Source of the DNA: a virus | Taxonomy: Duplodnaviria > Caudoviricetes | Virus record (IMG/VR): IMGVR_UViG_3300033070_001288 | Span: 4,841 to 68,840 of that record | DNA: 64,000 bases | Direction: 5' to 3' (one strand) | Position numbers and translations under genes: made by a program | Notes under the pieces: generated by a model | The model's input: only the letters and a program-made list of their open reading frames with translations | What the model was told of the DNA's origin: nothing | Databases searched by the model: none | In this document: piece by piece, positions 9,065 through 18,775 of the stretch | How the letters are laid out: each line of letters opens with the position of its first letter | Numbering within the stretch: position 1 is the stretch's first letter

Positions 9065-10747
9065 ATGGAGACGGAAGTGACCCCTGTAGAATCATGGCTC
9101 TCGGTACTCGTGGGCCTAGTGCTCGGCTACCGACGCGACGTAGACCGCGCGGCCCTGGCGCAGCACCTGAAGGGTCAGGTCGAGGCCGCCAAGCCCGTCT
9201 TCGCCAAGACGGGCAAGATCGGCACGGCGGTCTTCAACATACTGATCTCCGAACTCGCCAAGGGCTCGGTGTCAGACTCTCGCGGCCTGCCTCGCGGCAA
9301 GTACGCGGCCTACATGGCCGGCATGCGCCGCGACATGCGCAAGAGTCTCGCGTCGTTCTACTCGTCGCCCGACATCAACGAGGCGCAGGTCAAGCTCGCC
9401 AAGGCGGCGGTGGCTCTGCTGGCTCCCGACTCTGCGACGGTCGACTCGAAGGACGCGGCGCTCGACCGCCTCATCACGGTGCTGCCGAATCGTCTCCTCC
9501 GGCAGATGTGCACCCCGGCCGAGTCGCTCAAGAAGTCGGACCAGCAGAAGCACCTCGACGACCTGCGCGCTCTCGTCAAGAGCCAGGTGAAGCGCAACGA
9601 CACGAAGCTCACGAAGGAAGAGCTAGACGCGCTCAAGGTCAAGAAGCGCGACCTCTTCAAGCACTACAACAAGCTGCGCAAGAACGTGAACGAGTCTTGG
9701 AAGGCGTTCGTCCGCGGCTTCTGTCGCGAGCGCGGCGGCACGGCCAAGGTGTCCGAGCTGATCCCGGCGATGAACAAGGCCGGCATCACGGTGCACCCCT
9801 ACACGGGCTACGAGCGCCTGCGCGTCGGTGAGAACGGCTCTCTGTACACCACGACGGGCAGCGAGATTCTGTCGGTGGTGGCTCCCGACTCTCAGATCAA
9901 GTGGAACAAAGACTACGACCCCAAGAAGGACGAGGGGTACGTGTTCCTCTACAAGACGCCGATGATGGCCGACTTCAGGCCGGGCTACACCCGCGCCGGC
10001 ATCCGCAAGCGGAAGCAGTCGACCTACGCCAAGATTCTCAAGGCCATCGAGAGCGTGCCGAAGCAGCGCCCGCGGTGGCTCAAAGACCTCAAGTCTTCCG
10101 ACTCGCATCGCCGCATCCTCGGCACGATGGTCGAGATTCTGTACCAGCACGCCCTGCGCGTTGGCGGCCTCAAGAACCAGACCGACGGCAAGGCCACCTA
10201 CGGCCTCACGACTCTCAAGCTCGACCACGTCCGCACGTTGAGCGGCGGATTCGTGCTCGCCTACCCCGGCAAGAAGGGCGTGATGCAGAAGCACGTCGTG
10301 AAGCCCGACACCCCCGAGAACAAGCTCGTGTGCGCCGTGCTGACGAAGGCGATGCGCGGCAAGAAGAAGGGCGACTTCTTGTGGACCGACGCTCACGGCG
10401 AGCGCATCGGGGCCGGCGAGCTGAACGGCTACCTGCGCCGCATGGGCGTGTCGATCACCGCCCACAAGTTCAGGCACGTTCGTGGCACCGAGCTGATGCA
10501 GAACCTGCTGGCGAACGCGAAGGTTCCGAAGGGCTCCAACCAGGCCGCCGTCGAGAAGCAGGTCAAGGCGCTGGCCGTCAAGGTCGGCTCGCTGCTCGGC
10601 CACGTCTCGGGAGAGAAGGTTACCCCCGCCACCGCGATCAAGTCGTACATTGTCCCCGACGTCATCGCGCGGTTCTTCTCCGAGCGCGGCATGCGCGTGC
10701 CCGCCTGGCTCCCGAAGAGCCGCGCCTCCGAAGCGGGTGACGAGTGA
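9065..10747 (+). CDS. DNA topoisomerase IB with long N-terminal extension
   Basis: Catalytic pentad pattern: ALRVG (Arg), YPGKKG (Lys), AHKFRH (Lys/Arg), LLGH (His), AIKSYI (Tyr). ATG at 9065 is preferred because the track TTG at 9017 is the -35 box. Confidence 0.88.
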   Translation: METEVTPVESWLSVLVGLVLGYRRDVDRAALAQHLKGQVEAAKPVFAKTGKIGTAVFNILISELAKGSVSDSRGLPRGKYAAYMAGMRRDMRKSLASFYSSPDINEAQVKLAKAAVALLAPDSATVDSKDAALDRLITVLPNRLLRQMCTPAESLKKSDQQKHLDDLRALVKSQVKRNDTKLTKEELDALKVKKRDLFKHYNKLRKNVNESWKAFVRGFCRERGGTAKVSELIPAMNKAGITVHPYTGYERLRVGENGSLYTTTGSEILSVVAPDSQIKWNKDYDPKKDEGYVFLYKTPMMADFRPGYTRAGIRKRKQSTYAKILKAIESVPKQRPRWLKDLKSSDSHRRILGTMVEILYQHALRVGGLKNQTDGKATYGLTTLKLDHVRTLSGGFVLAYPGKKGVMQKHVVKPDTPENKLVCAVLTKAMRGKKKGDFLWTDAHGERIGAGELNGYLRRMGVSITAHKFRHVRGTELMQNLLANAKVPKGSNQAAVEKQVKALAVKVGSLLGHVSGEKVTPATAIKSYIVPDVIARFFSERGMRVPAWLPKSRASEAGDE

Positions 10748-11067
10748 GCGCCCCCGTCCTCTGGGGTTTCGATCTCGTCGTCGCTCGCGTAGGCGACGCC
10801 GGCGGCACCCCTGTGGCCGTGTTCCCCGTCGCCTTCGAAGGTGCAGACATCCCGGCCGCGGCTCGCGTTCTGCAGCTGGCGCGTCCCCGCGTGCCCAACC
10901 TCCCGGCGGGTCACGTAGTCTCGGGCATTCGCCCTCACGCGTCGAACCTCCTGCACCTCTTCGGACCCGGCTCGCCCCTCGCGCGCGATGGGTTCGAGGT
11001 ACTCGCGGGTCCCGCCGTGCACGTCGCGGCTGCACGCCACCGAATAGCGGAGCTAGTCGCGCGCTAG
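10744..11067 (+). CDS. hypothetical protein (107 aa)
   Basis: GTGA overlap with the topoisomerase stop. Confidence 0.6.
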   Translation: MSAPVLWGFDLVVARVGDAGGTPVAVFPVAFEGADIPAAARVLQLARPRVPNLPAGHVVSGIRPHASNLLHLFGPGSPLARDGFEVLAGPAVHVAAARHRIAELVAR

Positions 11068-11214
11068 CGGATCACCACTAGAGTAAATCACTATCGACGC
11101 GGGGTCTTGTACCCCGCTCTGCCGTCTCTACAACCTCGGAGCACACCCTGATGCGCGGACCACCCAACTCGCTACGCCGCCCGTACGCCAACACCAGCGA
11201 GGAGAACTAAGAAC

Positions 11215-14200
11215 ATGCGCATCGACCGAGTATACACCACCTCCGTATCCGACCCCTACGACCTCATCGAGTGGACGCGAACCGACAGCGAGATTCGCAA
11301 CCCCGACGGCGGCGTCGTCTTCTCGCTCAGAGACATCGAAGTTCCCAAGGGCTGGAGCAAGGTCGCGGCCGACGTGCTCGCGCAGAAGTACTTCCGCAAG
11401 GCCGGTGTCCCTGCGATTACGCGCCGCGTTCCCGAAGACGGCGTCCCCAACTGGCTGCAGAGGTCGGTTGGAGTTGAGGTCGCGGCGGTAGGCTCCGAGA
11501 CGAGCGCCAAGCAAGTCTTCGACCGCCTCGCTGGCGCCTGGACCTACTGGGGCTGGAAGATGGGCGTGTTCGACCCGTCTGCAGACCAGCTGGCGGGGGT
11601 AGTCGTCGACCCCCGGGCCATCGCGTTCTCCAATGCGCGCGCCTACTTCGACGAGATGCGCTACATGCTCGCCGCTCAGATCGCGGCCCCCAACTCTCCG
11701 CAGTGGTTCAACACCGGCCTGCACTGGGCCTACGGCATCGACGGCCCGTCGCAGGGTCACTACTACTACGACACCGTCGTCGGCGAAGTCGTCGAGTCTA
11801 AGTCGTCCTACGAGCGCCCGCAGCCCCACGCCTGCTTCATCCAGTCGGTGGCCGACGACCTCGTCAACGACGGCGGCATCATGGACCTGTGGACCCGCGA
11901 GGCGCGGCTGTTCAAGTACGGCTCGGGCTGCCTGTCGGGTGACGCAGACGTCGTTACCGCTACGGGTATCGTAAATCTGCGTTCTCTGTGGCGTCGGGCG
12001 AGGAAAGAGGGCCTGACACCGCAAGAATTTGACGGTGCCGGCAGGTATATTGATGTCGCCCACTGGGGCGTTAAGGTTGCTTCGTTGTGCACTCGTACGG
12101 GTTCGTACAGGTTCGCTCCCTTGGATAAGGTATGGTCGTATCGAGTACCGAAGGAAGACAAGGTCTGCGTGACCTTCGATACGGGTGCAAAAGTAACCAC
12201 CAGTGCTTGGCATCCGTTTATGAAGTGGAACGGTGAAGCCATCGTAGAGTGTCGCGCAGACACTCTAGTTCGTGGTGATGCCGTAGCCGGACCGAATACG
12301 TCTTTGCTAGATACGCTACCGAAGAAAAACCACTCCATAGATGTAACGTCTAGATACTTTGGTAGTCGGGAGACGCAGACGATTGCCGTAGATGCAGACG
12401 TTGCCTGGCTTATAGGGTACTTCTTCGGTAACGGCAATCTGGGTAAGACGGGAAAATCTCTTCGGTACGGTACCACCAGATACCGCGTACGTTTTTCCGA
12501 TCACCATCGAGAGCCACTAGACAAGATCGTCGGAATTATCGACTCGCTATTCGGCGAGAAAGGCACCGTCAAAAAATCCAAGCGCGCCGACATGTACGGC
12601 GTAAGTTTTACCGGACGATGGACGACACGCCTGTTTCGAACTCTGTCTCGGGCAGGAAGCAAGACGTATACGATGAAGGTTCCAAACTTCGTCTACTTTC
12701 TGCACGATGACGTATACGCCGCGTTCATCGCGGGCCTAGCCGACTCTGACGGTTCAGTATCAGGGGGTCGAATCCACTACCATACAGCGTCACCGAAGTT
12801 CCTTTCCGCGCTGGCCGGTATCTGCAGTGTTCGCGGACACGGCGGCAGTTCTACTCGGCGCAGCGTATGCCTAGTCAGACGTTCCTATAACGGTCCCCTG
12901 CGGGAAGCTATTGTTGCAAACATGGCAACTCCCCGCCACGTAGAAGCGATGAGAACCCCTAGTCGCAGGCAGTGGACTCTCCCACTAACAGGTGCGATGA
13001 GAGAAGCCATTATAGACCAACAAGAAGACTATCTGCATAACAGTGTAGACGGAGAACTAATTCATACGGGACGCCTCCGCTATGATAGCGTCGTAAACTC
13101 TTGCAAAGTTTCTGCACTCGCTACGCTGCTGCGTCCGAAAGACTCTGCTCTACTTCAGAACGTGGCGTCGGGTGCTGCATTCGTCACCGACGTAGCTTCT
13201 CTAGATTCTGACGTAGACTTCTACGATCTTACCGTAGGGGGAGATAACAATTATCTCGCCGGAGAAAACGGGTTCGTCACTGTCCATAATACCGGCACCA
13301 ACTTCTCGGCCGTTCGCGGCGAGAACGAGAAGCTGTCTGGCGGCGGCAAGTCGTCGGGCCTAATGTCGTTCCTGAAGATCGGCGACGCGTCGGCGGGCGC
13401 CATCAAGTCGGGCGGCACGACTCGCCGCGCTGCCAAGATGGTCGTCCTCGACGTAGACCACCCCGACGTGGTCGAGTTCGTTCAGTGGAAGTCGCGCGAA
13501 GAAGACAAGGTCGCGGCGCTCGTGACGGGTTCGAAGGTCGTCAAGAAGCACGTTCGGTCGATCATGCGCGCCTGCATCAACTGCGAGGGCGAAGGCGACT
13601 CGTGCTTCGACCCGAAGAAGAACCCGGCTCTGCACAAAGAGATTCGCCTGGCGCGACGCGCTTCGGTGCCCGACTCTTATATCCACCGAACCGTCCAGCT
13701 GGCTCGTCAGGGCATCAGCGAAATCGACTTCGACGAGTTCTCCCTCGACTGGGGCTCCGAGGCCTACACGACCGTCTCGGGCCAGAACTCGAACAACTCG
13801 GTCCGCGTGAGCGACGCCTTCATGGAGGCCGTGAACCTCGACACCGAGTGGAAGCTCAAGGCGCGTCTCACCGGCGAGACGATGCGCGTCGTGTCGTCTC
13901 GCGACCTGTGGGACAAGATCGGCTACGCGGCGTGGTCATCCGCAGACCCCGGCGTCCAGTACGACACGACGATCAACGACTGGCACACGTGCTCCGTCGA
14001 CGGTCGCATCAACGCGTCGAATCCGTGCTGCTTCGTAGCAGGCACTTTCGTAGACACGAGCGAAGGCCTCATCGACATCGCAGAGCTTACGCGAATGAAG
14101 CGTAGGGGAGAGACTTTGCCCCTTGCTTTTAGCTACGATTTCGACAAAGGCGGTCCCGTTCTTCGCCAGATAAATAACGCTTGGAAAGCCGGCGTCACAC

Positions 14201-15882
14201 GTAACCTCGTGGAAGTAAGAACAGAAAAAGGTCAACGTATTCGCTGCACCCCCGAGCACGTATGGTACCTGCGAGACGGAACAGAGGTACAAGCCAAAGA
14301 TTTGCAACCAGGTATGAGCCTAAGAAAGATCAAGAGGGGTGCCAATCCTCACCGTTCTGGAAGAATCTCTATCCTGTCGTTTCCCGATTCCCGAAGCGAG
14401 CGCGGTCGTTGCAGCCAAGCTCGATGGATGTGGAAACAAGTATTCGGCGATATACCGGAAGGCTTCGAGGTTCACCATAGAAACGAAGACCCTACCGACG
14501 ACAGAATCAGCAACTTCAAGCTAGTCGAGGGCCGGCGCCATCGCAGGTTCCATGCTCGAGGTCTACGCAATCCTCGAGCAATAGACGTATCCAGCGAGGT
14601 ACTAGTCGAAGTTTTCGACACGATAGCTTCGCAGGATCGCAAAACACACAAGCGGCGCGATGGAGTTTCCCCTGCGATGTGGAACTCTTACATTCGTCGA
14701 AACAACCTTCGCGGAAAGGTGCCTATGGCAGCGTCGCCGACGCTGGGTGGACGTATTCGAGGAATGAAATGGGATGCGTTCGTGTCTCAGATGGAAGAAG
14801 CGCGCTACGACGTAAATGATCGCGTCAAGCGTGTTAAGAATATAGTGCTCGACTCTGCTGTTCCTGTATACGACATAGAAGTCGAAGGAACACATAACTT
14901 CGGCATTCGAGACGATCAGGACGGCAGCAAATCTTCTCTGATCGTATCGAACAGCGAGTACATGTTCCTCGACGACACGGCCTGCAACCTGGCGTCGCTG
15001 AACCTCAAGAAATTCGGCGGCGTCGCCGACTTCGACGTGGATCGCTTCAGGCACGCCGTTCGCCTGTGGACCATCACCCTCGAAATCTCGGTGGAGATGG
15101 CTCAGTTCCCGTCGCGCGAGATCGCTCTGCGCTCGTACAAGTACCGCACGCTCGGCCTCGGCTACGCGAACGTCGGCGGCATGCTCATGTCGAGCGGCGT
15201 GGGATACGACTCGCGCACCGGCCGCGCCACCATCGGGGCCATCACCGCGATCATGACGGGTGAGGCATACGCGACCTCGGCGCGCATGGCGGAGCAGCTC
15301 GGGCCGTTCGTTCGCTACGAGGCCAACAAAGACTCGATGGAGCGAGTGATCCGCAACCACCGAGCGGCGGCTCAGGGCACCTTCTACTCGAAGCTGTCTA
15401 TCGAGCCTCCCAAGCTCGACCACTATGCCTGCTCTCCTGTTCTCGCGAAGGCGGCGCGCGACGTGTGGGACGATGCCATCAATCTCGGCACCGCTCACGG
15501 ATACCGCAACGCACAGGTGTCGTGCATCGCCCCTACGGGATGTACGCTTTCTACTACGCGTATTCGTACCGAAGATGGTATCAAGTCTTACCGTGAAATT
15601 TTAGAAGAGAACGATATAGACTGGAAGGAAATCGAAAAAGGTAACGACCAACGTTGGATTCCACTGAAGCCTTTCTGGCTTCCGTCACAAGATGGGCATC
15701 GAGACTATGCCGATAAAATATGGTACAACGGTATCCAAGAAACCTACGTCGTCACTTTTGAAGACGGAACAGAATTTGAGTGTACTGGCAACCACAAATT
15801 GTTGGTACGCTTGAGCAACAGCGAAACTGCCTGGATCGAGGCTCAATACCTCAATGGGGATGAAGAGGTATTATCTTCATAA
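11215..15882 (+). CDS. nrdJ: class II (AdoCbl-dependent) ribonucleotide reductase, N-terminal fragment with two cis inteins and a terminal split-intein N-half
   Basis: VLAQKYFRKAGVP, APNSPQWFNTGL, PQPHACFIQSV, RRAAKMV, INASNPC/SEYMFLDDTACNLAS, RTLGLGYAN, SCIAPTG; AGGAG RBS. Confidence 0.95.
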   Translation: MRIDRVYTTSVSDPYDLIEWTRTDSEIRNPDGGVVFSLRDIEVPKGWSKVAADVLAQKYFRKAGVPAITRRVPEDGVPNWLQRSVGVEVAAVGSETSAKQVFDRLAGAWTYWGWKMGVFDPSADQLAGVVVDPRAIAFSNARAYFDEMRYMLAAQIAAPNSPQWFNTGLHWAYGIDGPSQGHYYYDTVVGEVVESKSSYERPQPHACFIQSVADDLVNDGGIMDLWTREARLFKYGSGCLSGDADVVTATGIVNLRSLWRRARKEGLTPQEFDGAGRYIDVAHWGVKVASLCTRTGSYRFAPLDKVWSYRVPKEDKVCVTFDTGAKVTTSAWHPFMKWNGEAIVECRADTLVRGDAVAGPNTSLLDTLPKKNHSIDVTSRYFGSRETQTIAVDADVAWLIGYFFGNGNLGKTGKSLRYGTTRYRVRFSDHHREPLDKIVGIIDSLFGEKGTVKKSKRADMYGVSFTGRWTTRLFRTLSRAGSKTYTMKVPNFVYFLHDDVYAAFIAGLADSDGSVSGGRIHYHTASPKFLSALAGICSVRGHGGSSTRRSVCLVRRSYNGPLREAIVANMATPRHVEAMRTPSRRQWTLPLTGAMREAIIDQQEDYLHNSVDGELIHTGRLRYDSVVNSCKVSALATLLRPKDSALLQNVASGAAFVTDVASLDSDVDFYDLTVGGDNNYLAGENGFVTVHNTGTNFSAVRGENEKLSGGGKSSGLMSFLKIGDASAGAIKSGGTTRRAAKMVVLDVDHPDVVEFVQWKSREEDKVAALVTGSKVVKKHVRSIMRACINCEGEGDSCFDPKKNPALHKEIRLARRASVPDSYIHRTVQLARQGISEIDFDEFSLDWGSEAYTTVSGQNSNNSVRVSDAFMEAVNLDTEWKLKARLTGETMRVVSSRDLWDKIGYAAWSSADPGVQYDTTINDWHTCSVDGRINASNPCCFVAGTFVDTSEGLIDIAELTRMKRRGETLPLAFSYDFDKGGPVLRQINNAWKAGVTRNLVEVRTEKGQRIRCTPEHVWYLRDGTEVQAKDLQPGMSLRKIKRGANPHRSGRISILSFPDSRSERGRCSQARWMWKQVFGDIPEGFEVHHRNEDPTDDRISNFKLVEGRRHRRFHARGLRNPRAIDVSSEVLVEVFDTIASQDRKTHKRRDGVSPAMWNSYIRRNNLRGKVPMAASPTLGGRIRGMKWDAFVSQMEEARYDVNDRVKRVKNIVLDSAVPVYDIEVEGTHNFGIRDDQDGSKSSLIVSNSEYMFLDDTACNLASLNLKKFGGVADFDVDRFRHAVRLWTITLEISVEMAQFPSREIALRSYKYRTLGLGYANVGGMLMSSGVGYDSRTGRATIGAITAIMTGEAYATSARMAEQLGPFVRYEANKDSMERVIRNHRAAAQGTFYSKLSIEPPKLDHYACSPVLAKAARDVWDDAINLGTAHGYRNAQVSCIAPTGCTLSTTRIRTEDGIKSYREILEENDIDWKEIEKGNDQRWIPLKPFWLPSQDGHRDYADKIWYNGIQETYVVTFEDGTEFECTGNHKLLVRLSNSETAWIEAQYLNGDEEVLSS
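11929..13290 (+). mobile_element. intein 1 (454 aa, LAGLIDADG endonuclease) at KYGSG|TGTNFS
   Basis: Begins CLSGDADV and ends FYDLTV..VTVHN with Thr+1. LAGLIDADG motifs LIGYFFGNG and FIAGLADSDG; AT-richer than exteins. Confidence 0.93.
14029..14952 (+). mobile_element. intein 2 (308 aa, HNH endonuclease) at NPC|SEY
   Basis: Begins CFVAGTFV; block B CTPEH; HNH motif EVHHRNEDPTDDRISNFKLV..HRRFH; ends VYDIEV..LIVSN with Ser+1. Confidence 0.92.
15541..15879 (+). mobile_element. split intein N-half (113 aa) after IAPTG
   Basis: Starts CTLSTTRIRT and has block B FECTGNHKLLV. Ends at stop 15880-82 without blocks F/G. Confidence 0.9.
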
Positions 15883-15888
15883 GTCTTG

Positions 15889-15940
15889 GGAATAGCTCCT
15901 AGCTACTAACCAATTTTATACGTTAGCTAGGAGCTATTCC
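15889..15940 (+). promoter_or_regulatory. RBS-sequestering hairpin with candidate late promoter in its loop
   Basis: Perfect 17-bp arms GGAATAGCTCCTAGCTA (15889-15905) and TAGCTAGGAGCTATTCC (15924-15940). The right arm holds AGGAG and abuts the ATG at 15941; the loop contains CCAATTTT. Confidence 0.8.
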
Positions 15941-17197
15941 ATGTCCATACCTGTGGTAAACTTTGTAAGAGGGAGAACTCACCTACATCGCTATCTAGAG
16001 AAGCAGTCACTTCCTAAGATAGTACGCGATGTTCGCAAATTAAAGAATGAAGACTGGGAAAAGATATTTAGCAGCAGCTATGATCCAGATGTGCCAGTTA
16101 AGGTATACCGGACGGCTATCTACCTTTGGGCAAAGCGACGATTATCTCCAAAGACGATACTTAGATATTACAGAGGACTGATAAGTCGTAGTCATTTTTC
16201 AACTTCTCAAATAGAAATGTGGCTGGATAGTCCTAATGCGAGTCCTAGGGTACCTGATTTTTATAAGAGAAAATATGGTATTCATTGGAAAGCATACTAT
16301 GATATTGCTAGGAAAAAGAGCAATCCCTACAATTTAGAATCGGTAATGAAACGCTACGGACTCAGCAGACGCGAAGCTGAAATCGAAGTAGGACGCAGAA
16401 AGAAAAATACTTCTGGATCGTTTGCATCATTTCTTCGTCGTGCCGGGGGTGACGTTTCGGAGGCTCGAAGAAGGTTTCGCTCCTTCTGCGAGAAGTCTTC
16501 TCATACTGAAGAAAAATTCCGAAAGAGATACGGTAAAAACTATAAGGCAAAGTGGGAAGAGTACAAGAAGAGCAAGAACAGCTATGACTTGGACAAGTAC
16601 GTAGCTAAGTACGGAGAATCTCTGGGCCGCGAAAAATTGCTCGATAGAATAGATCGTAGCGTCGTGGACTATGCCAAGTTCGTGGAAATGTACGGTGAGC
16701 ATAACGCTGAGCGTGAGTATATTAAGTACTGCTATAGAAAAACCAAAAGCTGGAAACGTAAGTCGGGTAGGTGGGGTGCAACCAAAGAGTCGTTGGAGTT
16801 CTTTAAGCCGCTGCTACTCAAACTCGATAGAAGAAACGTTGAATACCGAATAGGAGTTGAGGGTAACCGAGAGTTTATGCTACTAGATAAAGAATCGGGT
16901 AAGGTTAGGTACTACGATTTTTGTATACCCTCTATCAGAGTAGTAGTCGAGTTCGACGGTTTTACGCATCCTAGTCCTTCGTTGTCTGCAAAAAAACTGG
17001 CTAAATGGCGCTGCCACTTTACTGGAGTTTCTGCAGAAACTCGTCTTGCAGATGACGAGGCTAAGAGGCGCGTAGCGGTTTCTAGAGGTTACCTGTTCTT
17101 CCGTTTTCACGCAGATGAGATCAAAAAAGATAGGCGTCGGTATCAGGCTATGCTGTGGAGTGTAATCAATCCCCTGCTTAAGGAGAAGAGAAAATGA
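15941..17197 (+). CDS. free-standing Vsr-like (PD-(D/E)XK-related) homing endonuclease between the split-intein halves
   Basis: Repeated (K/R)YG units, then [44 protein letters not shown]-rich; ATGA overlap with the intein C-half start. Confidence 0.8.
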   Translation: MSIPVVNFVRGRTHLHRYLEKQSLPKIVRDVRKLKNEDWEKIFSSSYDPDVPVKVYRTAIYLWAKRRLSPKTILRYYRGLISRSHFSTSQIEMWLDSPNASPRVPDFYKRKYGIHWKAYYDIARKKSNPYNLESVMKRYGLSRREAEIEVGRRKKNTSGSFASFLRRAGGDVSEARRRFRSFCEKSSHTEEKFRKRYGKNYKAKWEEYKKSKNSYDLDKYVAKYGESLGREKLLDRIDRSVVDYAKFVEMYGEHNAEREYIKYCYRKTKSWKRKSGRWGATKESLEFFKPLLLKLDRRNVEYRIGVEGNREFMLLDKESGKVRYYDFCIPSIRVVVEFDGFTHPSPSLSAKKLAKWRCHFTGVSAETRLADDEAKRRVAVSRGYLFFRFHADEIKKDRRRYQAMLWSVINPLLKEKRK

Positions 17198-17301
17198 AAA
17201 TAACGTCCGTACGCAAGTCGGGAAGAAGTATGCCCACTTGGGACATTGAAGTTCGGGACAAGCATTGTTATTGGTTGGAGAACGGCGTATTATCGCATAA
17301 T
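17194..17301 (+). mobile_element. split intein C-half (36 aa)
   Basis: [36 protein letters not shown] is basic, with block F Asp, terminal His-Asn and Thr+1. Confidence 0.92.
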
Positions 17302-18771
17302 ACGATCGGCCTCGTCATGGACTGCGACACGACGGGCATCGAGCCCGACTTCGCTCTCGTCAAGCACAAGAGCCTCGTCGGCGGCGGCTTCTTCAAGATC
17401 ATCAACCAGTCGGTGCCCGACGCCCTTCGCGCTCTGGGCTACGGCCAAGACACGATCGACGGGATCACGCGCTACGTGGTCGGGTCGGGCGAGCTTCCCG
17501 CCGATTTCTGGGCCAAGCTCACGTTCGAGGAGAGGCACGCGCTCGAGGCTTCGATCCCGACGGCGTTCTCGATACGCAGCCTGGGCATCAACTGGGAAGA
17601 GCGCGGGTTCACCCCCAAGCAGATCGACGACGCCGACTCGTACTGCTGCGGCCGCATGACCATCGAGGGCGCACCCGGCCTGCGCGAGGAGCACTACTCC
17701 GTGTTCGACTGCGCCAGCCAGTGCGGCAAGTGGGGCACGCGCGTGCTTTCGGTTAACGCTCACCTCATGATGATGTCGGCGGCTCAGCCGTTCGTCTCGG
17801 GAGCTATCTCGAAGACGATCAACATGTCGAACGACTGCACGGTCGCCGACTGCCTCGACGCCTACCGCCTCGCGTGGGGCCTCGGCCTCAAGTCGGTGGC
17901 GCTCTACCGCGACGGGTCGAAGCTGTCCCAGCCGCTCATGTCGCGCCTCGCTGTCGACGCCGACGAGGCCGAAGACATCGTCGAGCTGAACCCCGCCGCG
18001 CGCACCGAGCGCGTGGTGGAGCGCATCGTCGAGCGCATCGTGGCGCGCGACCGCGAGAAGCTGCCCTCCCGCCGCAAGGGCTACACGCAGAAGGCCGTCG
18101 TCGGCGGCCACAAGGTGTACCTGCGCACGGGCGAGTACGAGGACGGGCGCCTCGGCGAGATATTCGTCGACATGCACAAAGAGGGCGCGACGTTCCGCAG
18201 TCTGATGAACTCGTTCGCAATCGCAGTGTCCATCGGCCTGCAGTTCGGCGTGCCGCTAGAAGAGTTCGTAGACGCGTTCACGTTCACGCGCTTCGAACCC
18301 TCGGGGCTGGTTCAGGACAACGACGCTATCAAGAACGCTACGTCGATCCTCGACTACGTGTTCCGCGAACTGGCGATCTCGTACCTCGACCGCACCGACC
18401 TCGCTCACGTGACTCCCTCGGGCAACGGGACCGAGATGGGCGGCGGAGAGTCGGAGGGTCGCCAGCAGGCTCTCGTCTCTCGCGGCCTCCTCCGATCCGC
18501 CGGACCGCTAGCTCTGGCTGCGGAGCTGGCCAAGTCTCTAGAAGGAGCCAGTGTTCCCGTGCGCATGACTGCTGCAGCGACGGGGCTCGGTTCCGTCGGC
18601 GTAATAGCGACGGTCGGAGCCGTCGACGTCGCAGCTCCCAGCCGCGCCGAGGTGGCTCTCATGAAGGGCTACGTCGGAGAGTCGTGCGAGACGTGCGGCA
18701 ACTTCACCCTCGTCCGCAACGGCACGTGTCTCAAGTGCGACTCGTGCGGAAGCACCACCGGCTGCAGCTGA
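17194..18771 (+). CDS. nrdJ: class II RNR C-terminal fragment preceded by split-intein C-half; includes TSCPD-like domain and terminal Zn ribbon
   Basis: HN|[91 protein letters not shown]. Confidence 0.95.
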   Translation: MKITSVRKSGRSMPTWDIEVRDKHCYWLENGVLSHNTIGLVMDCDTTGIEPDFALVKHKSLVGGGFFKIINQSVPDALRALGYGQDTIDGITRYVVGSGELPADFWAKLTFEERHALEASIPTAFSIRSLGINWEERGFTPKQIDDADSYCCGRMTIEGAPGLREEHYSVFDCASQCGKWGTRVLSVNAHLMMMSAAQPFVSGAISKTINMSNDCTVADCLDAYRLAWGLGLKSVALYRDGSKLSQPLMSRLAVDADEAEDIVELNPAARTERVVERIVERIVARDREKLPSRRKGYTQKAVVGGHKVYLRTGEYEDGRLGEIFVDMHKEGATFRSLMNSFAIAVSIGLQFGVPLEEFVDAFTFTRFEPSGLVQDNDAIKNATSILDYVFRELAISYLDRTDLAHVTPSGNGTEMGGGESEGRQQALVSRGLLRSAGPLALAAELAKSLEGASVPVRMTAAATGLGSVGVIATVGAVDVAAPSRAEVALMKGYVGESCETCGNFTLVRNGTCLKCDSCGSTTGCS

Positions 18772-18775
18772 CGCC

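Noticed and set aside
11068-11214. Cobalamin riboswitch or NrdR boxes upstream of nrdJ
   Set aside because: Only a 7-bp hairpin (11099-11117) was seen. No B12-box or convincing NrdR palindrome, and the region is short.
15883-17193. Group I/II intron as the explanation for the nrdJ interruption
   Set aside because: Both flanks are intein halves with their own stop and start. Only 58 nt of non-coding sequence exists, which is too little for a ribozyme core.
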